DNA of 64,000 nucleotides from an uncultured Litoreibacter sp. GTDB lineage: Bacteria; Pseudomonadota; Alphaproteobacteria; Rhodobacterales; Rhodobacteraceae. The DNA lies in the NCBI GenBank assembly GCA_947492995.1, contig CANLOU010000007.1, positions 6,900-70,899 on the forward strand, written 5' to 3'. The position numbers were made by a program, and so were the translations under genes. Below the pieces are notes generated by a model. That model was not told where the DNA came from and did no database searches. It worked only from the letters and a program-made list of their open reading frames with translations. This document shows, in pieces, positions 18,532 to 26,372 of the stretch; the first letter of the stretch is position 1; each line of letters starts with the position of its first letter.

Positions 18532-21500
18532 ATGAATACTAATCTTACTAAATTGTGCCTCTGGGCCTTCAACAAGTTCATCAAGATAGCAGAAACACTG
18601 CGCTTGAAATCCGCTTCGCCCGTAGGGCCATCAAAATTCGTCGATTTAGCTCCGACTGATGAGGCTGACCAAGGAGGAGTATATTCGGCTGCTTTGAAGT
18701 TCGCGACCGACAGTCCGGACGTGTCAAACATCGCGCTCACTGGGCCTTACGGCTCCGGCAAGAGCAGCATCATCCGATCTTTCCTGAAATCCTATCCTCG
18801 CGAAGCCCTGCATATCTCCCTCGCAGCCTTCTTGCCGGAAGCAGGTGATGAGCGACGCACAGTGACCAAACAGGAAATTGAGCGAAGTATCCTTCAACAA
18901 CTTCTATATGGCGCAGATTCAAACAAACTGCCCCTCTCGCGCTTTAAACGTATCCAATCACCGGGATTCTGGTCGATCTTCCGATCTTTCTACATTCTTT
19001 CCGGACTGCTCGCTCTTTGGCATACGTTCTACAATCGCGCAGCAATTTTTGAGGGATCGTATTTCGAGCCTTTCGATCTTACGAACTGGTTCAATATATC
19101 CTCAGCCGTTTTCGCTCTAATCTTCCTTTGGTCTGTGATCCATCACTTTTACGTCGCCAGCTTCGGTGTGTCTCTCAAGAGCATTTCGCTGAAGGACATT
19201 GAGATGCGGCCGTCTTCGGAAGACCAAGATTCAATCCTCAATCGTCATCTGGATGAGATCGTCTACTTCTTCCAATCTACGCGCTACGACCTCGTGGTCG
19301 TGGAAGATCTCGATCGCTTTGAAGATGCCGACATCTTCGTTACACTTCGCGAGATCAACAGTCTCGTGAACAGCAATGTAGGCGTGAAACGCCAAATCCG
19401 ATTCTTATACGCGCTGCGCGACGACATGTTCGCCAACACTGACCGGACCAAGTTCTTTGAATTCATCATCCCCGTTATTCCGATTATTAATAGCTCGAAC
19501 TCGATTGATATGGTGCTCGCCCAAGGTGAGCGGCTGGAACTGGACGGAAGGCTAGATCAGCAATTCCTGCGAGAGGTGTCTCGCTACCTCAGCGATCTCC
19601 GGCTGATCCATAACATTTTCAACGAGTATGCGATTTACGTCGCAAACTTGGAAACTGACGGTGAGAACGTACTTGACGCCACAAAGCTTCTTGCGGTGCT
19701 AATCTATAAGAATGTCTATCCTAGGGATTTCGAACAGCTTCATCGGGGCGAGGGGCATCTCGCTGGAATTTTGGGGCGTAAGGACGAGATCATCGCCACT
19801 CTTGAACGAGGCTATCGATCCGAGATCGCTGAACTCGAACGCGATATTGCAGCGGCTGAACAGCAAATTCCGAAAGATCGGCGCGAGCTCAACCGCATTT
19901 ATGCGATGGCCCTCCTCGAAACGCTTCCCGCCAATACCATTGGCGTTGGCAGGACCGTACAAGAGCGCATTTCGCTCACAAATTTATCCGAGCACGCAAA
20001 TTTCGAAGAAATTATCGCGACACCGAACCTCTACTATCATAGTGTCAATGGTCGCGCGCGGCATGACAATTCTAGCTTGGCAGACAGCGTAAACTCCGAA
20101 GCAAGTTATGGTGAACGGGTGCGAAGCATCGAACAGAAAGCGGACGCACACAAGAAGGCTGCACATCGGCGAATCTCCGTTCTGAAAAGCGAGATCAAGA
20201 CTATTCGAACGAGCAAGTTTAACGCCTTGCTGCGCTCAAGCGCGTTAGAAATCGAGAACCTCTTCGAAAATCTGGGTGAGGGCGGCGAACTCGCCCGGTT
20301 TTTGCTTCTGGAAGGCCATCTCGATGATAGTTACTACCAGTATACCTCCTTGTTCCACACTGGACGGCTTTCACCGAACGACAACAAGTTCCTGATTCAG
20401 ATAAGGGCTTTCCATACACCTGAACCCCTGTTTCCGATCGACAACCCGAATGAAGTTATCGCCGGAATGAGGGAGGACGATTTTGGCCTTGATTATGCGC
20501 TGAACGTTCGACTTGTCGACGCGCTCTTGGAGAGCGGGGAGCATAAGAACCTACTGGAAAAGGTTTTTGGATATCTTTCAAATGAGTTTCCCAATCAGCA
20601 GGAGTTCTTCGAGGCCTACTACGCGACGGGATTGCACATTAGCGAATTCATGAGGCAGTTCATTGACGCTTGGCGCGGTTTCGTACCCGCGGCAATTGAG
20701 GATTCCTCCGCAATTTTGCATATATCACGCCTCATCGAGCATCTTTCGCCAACCATGCTGGCCCGGGAACGCGAGGAGCACCCCGAGCTGCGAGCGTTCG
20801 CGGCCAACAATCTCCGGGACCTTCTCGACCTGTTAGAGGGGATGGACCCGGGCAAGCTTGAAGAGTTGCGGATCGAAACGAAGGATCTTGCTGCCATCGA
20901 TGAATATCCGAACGTTGCGCGCAAACTGTACGAGTTCGGTCATTACTGCCTGAACGCTGCTAACTTTGACTACATTTTCGGCTCTATCCTCGGAGTAGAA
21001 ACTGGCCCAAACTTGCGTAAGCGACATTACTCGAGGGTTCGAAACTCTGGAGCCGAACCGCTCCTCAACCGGGTGGAAAGCGATCTTTCAGCGTACTTCA
21101 CGAACGTACTGTTGGAGATGAATGAGGACGATGAGGAGGATATCGAAGCGATATTGGCCGTGATGTCACACGATCAGCTCGATGCCGACGATGTCGAAGC
21201 GTTCGTCCTACGACAAACCAAGCTTCTGCCAACACTGGAAGAAATACCCGAGCGCTATCAGCCCATGGTGCTCCGTGGGACACAGATCGCTCCTACTTGG
21301 TCCAACTGTCTCGCCTTCGTCCAGTCTGAAAATTTCGAGGGCGACGCTCTCATAGCTTTCCTTGGCGATGATGAGGTCCGTGCCGCTCTCTTGAAAACTC
21401 CAGTTCCAGAACCAAAAGAAGCACTCCCTCTCCGTCAGTTCCTCATCGATGCAGAAGGTCTCCCCGATAGCGTCTATCGTGATTATATCCGGGCGCTTCC

Positions 21501-22134
21501 TAAGGAATTCAAGGCATTTCCCAATGCAGTAAGCGCCGGCAAACGTCGAATACTCATCGAAGAGCGACGCGTCACCTTTAACGCCGAGAACTTGGCCACG
21601 CTTGACGGCGAGGCTGATATGCAAACGGCATTCGTCGCTCAGAATATCGCCTCCTATCTTCGCGACCCCAGCTCGTATTCGATTGACGATAGCTTCCGCG
21701 AGAGATTGCTTGCCACCGATATCTCGGACGATGAAAAGCGGGCGCTCATTGGTTTGATGGACTTGAGCGCTCTTCCCAACCTTCCAGAGCGCGCTGGCAT
21801 TGTCGGGCCAATCCTTTTGCGGGCAAATGGCGCGCTGCCTTCACTCACCCCTGAGATCGTCAAGGCAGTTGTTAAGAATACCAAGCCAGTCGCCACCCAG
21901 GTCCAGTTGCTCAATCTCCTCCATGAAACACTCGACACGAACGATATTCGTGAGGTCTTGGGACAGCTTTCTTACCCATATTCGAAAATCCAAACAGGAT
22001 ATGCTCGTCCCACTCTCAAGAGAACGAATGAAAACAGCGAACTTGTTAGGTGGTTGGACGAGCGCAACATCATCTCTTCAGCAGGGACACCGTTCTGGTC
22101 AAACGATATCATGGTTAATTTATATCGGTCATAA
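18532..22134 (+). CDS. YobI/KAP-type P-loop NTPase with membrane insertion (1200 aa)
   Basis: Walker A LTGPYGSGKSSI, then two hydrophobic helices (FWSIFRSFYILSGLLALW, ISSAVFALIFLWSVIHHFYV) inserted before Walker B DLVVVEDLDRFED. FVTLREINSLVN and FFEFIIPVIPIINSSNS follow. The roughly 750-aa helical C-terminus has no recognisable effector motif. Sampled lines are 43-50% GC, against roughly 58-73% in the flanks. Confidence 0.75.
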   Translation: MNTNLTKLCLWAFNKFIKIAETLRLKSASPVGPSKFVDLAPTDEADQGGVYSAALKFATDSPDVSNIALTGPYGSGKSSIIRSFLKSYPREALHISLAAFLPEAGDERRTVTKQEIERSILQQLLYGADSNKLPLSRFKRIQSPGFWSIFRSFYILSGLLALWHTFYNRAAIFEGSYFEPFDLTNWFNISSAVFALIFLWSVIHHFYVASFGVSLKSISLKDIEMRPSSEDQDSILNRHLDEIVYFFQSTRYDLVVVEDLDRFEDADIFVTLREINSLVNSNVGVKRQIRFLYALRDDMFANTDRTKFFEFIIPVIPIINSSNSIDMVLAQGERLELDGRLDQQFLREVSRYLSDLRLIHNIFNEYAIYVANLETDGENVLDATKLLAVLIYKNVYPRDFEQLHRGEGHLAGILGRKDEIIATLERGYRSEIAELERDIAAAEQQIPKDRRELNRIYAMALLETLPANTIGVGRTVQERISLTNLSEHANFEEIIATPNLYYHSVNGRARHDNSSLADSVNSEASYGERVRSIEQKADAHKKAAHRRISVLKSEIKTIRTSKFNALLRSSALEIENLFENLGEGGELARFLLLEGHLDDSYYQYTSLFHTGRLSPNDNKFLIQIRAFHTPEPLFPIDNPNEVIAGMREDDFGLDYALNVRLVDALLESGEHKNLLEKVFGYLSNEFPNQQEFFEAYYATGLHISEFMRQFIDAWRGFVPAAIEDSSAILHISRLIEHLSPTMLAREREEHPELRAFAANNLRDLLDLLEGMDPGKLEELRIETKDLAAIDEYPNVARKLYEFGHYCLNAANFDYIFGSILGVETGPNLRKRHYSRVRNSGAEPLLNRVESDLSAYFTNVLLEMNEDDEEDIEAILAVMSHDQLDADDVEAFVLRQTKLLPTLEEIPERYQPMVLRGTQIAPTWSNCLAFVQSENFEGDALIAFLGDDEVRAALLKTPVPEPKEALPLRQFLIDAEGLPDSVYRDYIRALPKEFKAFPNAVSAGKRRILIEERRVTFNAENLATLDGEADMQTAFVAQNIASYLRDPSSYSIDDSFRERLLATDISDDEKRALIGLMDLSALPNLPERAGIVGPILLRANGALPSLTPEIVKAVVKNTKPVATQVQLLNLLHETLDTNDIREVLGQLSYPYSKIQTGYARPTLKRTNENSELVRWLDERNIISSAGTPFWSNDIMVNLYRS

Positions 22135-22989
22135 GGCGGTTGCCTATGCTTTCGGCTCCTTCGCGCGCCCTAATGCGCCCAAGTTTCGGCATTTGACGGG
22201 TGTATGTACTGTAATTGATCGGAGATGCAGGTTTCTGCATTTTCACTGTAATGGTCAAATTTCCGAAACAAGGAGAGAGCGGGCTTTCATTCGTTGTTAT
22301 ATGGATTTCGGCTATGAGCCGAAATTTTGCGATTGATTTCACTTCTTCTCCCAAATTCAACCATCGTGCACCCCCCAGCATCAGCAATTATGGACTTGAA
22401 GCGGACATTTATGTGAGCGGCGCAATTAGGTCTGTCGGCAGTTTAGCCTAACGGCCCCACCCTGCTCGGCTTCGCGTGTCGCGGGTAAGAACGGCCCTGC
22501 GGCCCGTCGCGCATGCGGCCATGCGGCCTTACCGCGGCGTCGGCGCGTGGGTCCCGGTTTGCCCGTCTCACGAGCACGGCGGGTCTCGGCCACGCCTGCG
22601 GTTTCCACTCTGGTCTGTTTTGCTAAAGCAAAACGATCCCGCCGCTCCATCCGCCTGCGTGTCCCGCTCCCGCCGCTTGCCTGCTCGCGTCGGGCAAACC
22701 TCGCGTCAAAACACACACACATGAGTATGGAAGCATATCCTCCGGATGGCCCCCAAATCAGCCCGCCTCAAGGATCGCAAAACTTTTCGGCGAGGGTCAT
22801 GCGGGTTGCGAGGTCTATCGCGCGCGTGAGGTTGCGCTTGTTGTGAGCAGCTGCGCTTGGAAAACTTTTACGCCCAGCAAGCTGGCGGCTGCGCCGTCCC
22901 TGACCCGGACAGATTCGGTGAACCAGAAATCGGCCATGCCCCCACAATCACGTGGCGGTCCTCAAACTCAAACATCTGGAGATGAACAC

Positions 22990-23919
22990 ATGGCCTACGA
23001 TCAAGCGACAACATACGAGACAATCGAACTCTTCGGCCTTACGGAGAAAGATGCACACCTGCCAATCCCGCAGGACGATATGCTGAAAGACAGCATCATC
23101 CGCGAAGCCTTCGAGACCCTGCTCGGGCAATTGCGGAATACTGGACTTGAAGGAGAGATCGAACCTCTCGCGCACGGGTTGGCGACAATCCTGCAGCGCC
23201 GCAAGGTTGCCCTCGGCAAAGAAGCCGACCGCACAACTGACAAGATAGGTGCACTGGCAAAATGCCACGATGGATCAGAGATCGCAGAGACGGCTCTGGA
23301 AGAGGCACAAGCGCGCTTCGTGCAATTGCGCGAGATAGTGGACGCCATTGAGACGATGGGGGAGGCGGCAGCGGAATGCTACGAGGTCGAGACCGGCAAT
23401 GCCTTCATCCCGGCAGCGGGATCGCGCGCCAGCGTTCGGGCGCAAGAGACGGGTGCCGTCTTCGAAGCCAAGCAGCTTCTGGAGCAGCATGATCGTGAGA
23501 CCGCCGCCAAGTCGAAAGTCGAGGGAGTTCCTCTGATTGTCTCGGGAGCGACGGACTGGACTGACATCGACGTCATCTTCCAGACACTCGATAAGGTGCG
23601 CGACCGCATTAAGCAAAACCGCAATCAAGATATCTTCATCTGCCACAAAGGCGGCAAGCATGGGGCGGAAATGATCGCGGCGCGGTGGGCGCGTGCGCGA
23701 GGTATCAATCAAGCGCGCTTTGATCCGCGTTGGTCCGCACATGGACGCGCAGCACCCTTCAAGTGCAACGACGAGATGCTGGACGATAAGTTCGCCGCAA
23801 CTGGAGTTGTTCTCTTCGGCGGCAACGGGGTCGCAATGAACCTCGGCCAGAAAGCCGAAACGAAAGGACTGACGGTGATGCGGGTCGCGGATCCGGCCAA
23901 GACATCGGGCGAGGCATAA
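22990..23919 (+). CDS. DUF2493 (SLOG-like) domain protein with an unknown ~190-aa N-terminal domain
   Basis: ATG at 22990 with GGAGA 7 nt upstream. C-terminal LIVSGATDWTDIDVIF...ICHKGGKHGAEMIAARWARARGI...FDPRWSAHGRAAPFKCNDEML...VLFGGNGVAMNL matches the DUF2493 pattern. Confidence 0.7.
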   Translation: MAYDQATTYETIELFGLTEKDAHLPIPQDDMLKDSIIREAFETLLGQLRNTGLEGEIEPLAHGLATILQRRKVALGKEADRTTDKIGALAKCHDGSEIAETALEEAQARFVQLREIVDAIETMGEAAAECYEVETGNAFIPAAGSRASVRAQETGAVFEAKQLLEQHDRETAAKSKVEGVPLIVSGATDWTDIDVIFQTLDKVRDRIKQNRNQDIFICHKGGKHGAEMIAARWARARGINQARFDPRWSAHGRAAPFKCNDEMLDDKFAATGVVLFGGNGVAMNLGQKAETKGLTVMRVADPAKTSGEA

Positions 23920-23927
23920 GTCAGACA

Positions 23928-23959
23928 GGGTCACCTTCGGGTGGCCCCTTCTTCGTTCT
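23928..23959 (+). terminator. Candidate intrinsic terminator
   Basis: GGGTCACC, loop TTCG, GGTGGCCC (one G-U pair), followed by the T-rich CTTCTTCGTTCT. Confidence 0.55.
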
Positions 23960-24153
23960 CAAGATCGTGGGTAGACATTCAGATGCGTGGTGCTGATCTG
24001 CAGTAAAGGTTCATTTAGGTCATGACGGTAGATGTCCGATTTCCCAGTTTTCCGATTAGCTTGACCTTATCTCAATGTAATCCCAGTCTATTGTGTCCGC
24101 GCGGCAAATGACTTTTGTTGTGCAGCATATCACGCGCGCAGGTTTTTCAGTCG

Positions 24154-25230
24154 ATGCCCTTTTCTCCAGACCGCACCAAAGAGATTCAATCGCGCATTGA
24201 TGCGCGTTTGCAGTCTGGTCAGGCAAACGATTGGGAGGTGTCGTTTCTCACAAACATGGCCGAGCGCTTTCAGAAGTATGGAACCAATACGCGTCTGAGT
24301 AAGGCTCAATATGCCAGCTTGCACAAAGTCCTGAAGTTGGAACGTGAGCCATCATCGCGGGTCACTGCGCCGGCCAACGATCGCGTGCCGCGCTCGGCCC
24401 CGAAGCGCAGTGCCAAATCTTACCAACCAAAAACCCGACCGATGTCTGTAACCCGCGCAATCACTGCACCGCGGCGGGCGGTCCGTAGGGCTCAGCGACA
24501 AATCATGGTGCCGCTCGTTATTGCGGTGGCGTTCTTCGCGCTGATTGGATCCTTCTTCGATTCAACATCATCGCAATCCACATCTTACGGCTCACCAGCG
24601 ACGTCCGCACCACAAACAACGAGCACCGCTTACGTCTATGTGACGGGGACACGAGTCAATCAACGGGACGGGCCGTCCACGTCTGATCGGGTCATGGGCG
24701 TTTTGGTTGAAGGCACCCGTGTCCAGCTGCTTCGTGACCAAGGACAATGGGCGCAAATTAGGTCTGACTTGGGAACCGGCTGGATGTCCTCTAGCTTGCT
24801 GTCTCTCAATAGGCCGACCACGGCGCAACCCACAACACAGGATCGGGGTCTTCGTGCCAGCGATGTCAGGATCATTGATGGTGATACGATAAACGTGCGT
24901 GGGATTACTCCCAACGTACGCCTAGTCGGTTTCAATGCTCCCGAGACATGGCGGCCTTCTTGCACCGCAGAGCGTCAGGTCGGGGAACGCGCAACGGCGC
25001 GTCTGAGCCAGCTGGTGCGGAATGCGGCATCAATAGAATTTGAACGCGTGGCATGTTCGTGTCGACCCGGAACCGAAGGTACAGATCAATGTAATTTTGG
25101 CCGGCTTTGTGGCTCGCTGTTCGTCGACGGCCAGGATGTGGGGCGCACACTGATTGGTGAAGGACTGGCCGTGCCATACCGGTGCGGTCGGACAAGCTGC
25201 CCTCCGCGGCCTCAAGCTTGGTGCCGATAA
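24154..25230 (+). CDS. Membrane-anchored SH3b + staphylococcal-nuclease (thermonuclease) domain protein
   Basis: N-terminal soluble region and one TM helix (IMVPLVIAVAFFALIGSFF). SH3b-like YVTGTRVNQRDGPSTSDRVMGVLVEGTRVQLL...WAQI. SNase-like IIDGDTINVRGITPNVRLVGFNAPET...C...R. Confidence 0.8.
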   Translation: MPFSPDRTKEIQSRIDARLQSGQANDWEVSFLTNMAERFQKYGTNTRLSKAQYASLHKVLKLEREPSSRVTAPANDRVPRSAPKRSAKSYQPKTRPMSVTRAITAPRRAVRRAQRQIMVPLVIAVAFFALIGSFFDSTSSQSTSYGSPATSAPQTTSTAYVYVTGTRVNQRDGPSTSDRVMGVLVEGTRVQLLRDQGQWAQIRSDLGTGWMSSSLLSLNRPTTAQPTTQDRGLRASDVRIIDGDTINVRGITPNVRLVGFNAPETWRPSCTAERQVGERATARLSQLVRNAASIEFERVACSCRPGTEGTDQCNFGRLCGSLFVDGQDVGRTLIGEGLAVPYRCGRTSCPPRPQAWCR

Positions 25231-25591
25231 CGTCGCAGCCATCTCAACACCGAGAAACTGGACTTCGCCCGAGGCTGAAAACCCTCCCTGCTGTTCGTTG
25301 AGCGTGACGGACCAAATCCCAACACGTCACCTCACAGCGAACCCGACCTTCACCTCTATCGAGATCAACGAGAACCGTGGCGACTGCGATATGGGGGCAC
25401 ACATTTGGGTCTCTTCTTTTAGCTCATTGATGTGGATCGCACGGGGTCGGACCGCTCGTGCCCGCAGCATAGCTGCGGCAAGAACAAATACGGCTTCCAC
25501 GCCTTTGGCGCGGACCCTCCGCATTTGCGCTTGCGACCGGTCCTGGTCCCCCCGTGCCAAGAAATCCACATCGCAAAAAGGAGAGACCCAA

Positions 25592-25798
25592 ATGACCAAC
25601 CACTACGTCGCAACAGTTCCCGTCAAATACACCGATGGCGAAGGCCAGGAGCGCACCCGTTTCCAACGCGTCGGGGCCATGTTCCGCAACACCCGTAACG
25701 GGGATGGCTCCGAGTTCTTCAGCCTCAAGCTCGACTTCCCCGTCGGAGTCCAAGAGCTGGTGATGTTCCCACCAAGCTCTAAGGAACCCCAAGAGTAA
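25592..25798 (+). CDS. Small hypothetical protein (68 aa)
   Basis: AAAGGAGAG RBS 6 nt before the ATG at 25592. Sequence: MTNHYVATVPVKYTDGEGQERTRFQRVGAMFRNTRNGDGSEFFSLKLDFPVGVQELVMFPP. Followed by a clean terminator. Confidence 0.6.
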   Translation: MTNHYVATVPVKYTDGEGQERTRFQRVGAMFRNTRNGDGSEFFSLKLDFPVGVQELVMFPPSSKEPQE

Positions 25799-25813
25799 AT
25801 CCTCCCCGAGGAT

Positions 25814-25843
25814 GGGCCGCCGGAAGGCGGCCCTATCTCTTTT
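25814..25843 (+). terminator. Intrinsic terminator
   Basis: GGGCCGCC, loop GGAA, GGCGGCCC (perfect 8-bp GC stem), then TATCTCTTTT. Confidence 0.65.
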
Positions 25844-25906
25844 GCAGAGAACGCTTCGCGATCAGTTGAGACCCCTGCCATAGGCCGTGGTCACGGTTCC
25901 GGATGA

Positions 25907-25940
25907 CAGGACTGCAGGGCAGTCCTGATGGTTCCTGTTG
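25907..25940 (+). other. oriT candidate: 9-bp inverted repeat followed by a TCCTG motif
   Basis: CAGGACTGC, loop AGG, GCAGTCCTG (25907-25927), then ATGGT-TCCTGTTG (25933-25940). A second TCCTGTTG lies at 26156-26163. The nick position was not determined. Confidence 0.35.
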
Positions 25941-26295
25941 TCGCAGTACCTGTGCGGTGACAGGGCCGCCAGCCAGCCTCAAGGGGGCCATCCCCAAAAA
26001 CCTTTCGGCAAGAGCCTTCACGGTTTTTGCGGCGGAGAATTGGCAAGCAATTCTGGCCTCCCTTGACCCTGTCTGTCGGCCCTGTCGGTTGAGTTCTGTC
26101 CCGCCCCATCGCTTCTGTCCGAACATTACATGTTCAGACAGACCTCAGGTGCGGGTCCTGTTGAGGGTGGCTGATGTTGGAGCCTGCGGCTGTTGTTGGT
26201 TGGCGCCCTCTCGGGCGCGGCCTCGCACCTGCGGTGCTTGGGCCGTGAAACGGAATACAAGGCTGCCTGCGCACTAATTCACCGTAAGTATATTA

Positions 26296-26323
26296 TTGAC
26301 AAATTAGTATAGTTTCGTATGTT
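26296..26323 (+). promoter_or_regulatory. Candidate mobC promoter with conserved box
   Basis: TTGACA (26296-26301), 16-nt spacer, TATGTT (26318-26323), 50 nt before the mobC ATG. The spacer and -10 form TATAGTTTCGTATGTT (26308-26323), which recurs upstream of the virB operon. The region is bracketed by the 12-bp inverted repeat ATACAAGGCTGC (26255-26266) / GCAGCCTTGTAT (26328-26339). Confidence 0.45.
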
Positions 26324-26372
26324 GGGTGCAGCCTTGTATGAAGGTGGCAGGAAATAGGGGGTCTTTCTTCGC

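Noticed and set aside
22426-22846. Three overlapping 80-100-aa ORFs on both strands in the GC-rich block
   Set aside because: Their frames are mutually overlapping and their translations are extremely Arg/Pro/Ala-rich. I interpret the block as non-coding structured DNA (see findings).
23275-23934. 219-aa minus-strand ORF opposite the DUF2493 gene
   Set aside because: It is antisense to a gene with a recognisable domain and a good RBS. It shows no motifs and has shadow-ORF composition.
25833-26277. ORFs of 72-124 aa in the oriT candidate region
   Set aside because: They overlap on both strands, give Pro/Arg/Cys-rich translations, and the region is dense in inverted repeats. That is more consistent with an origin of transfer than with coding sequence.
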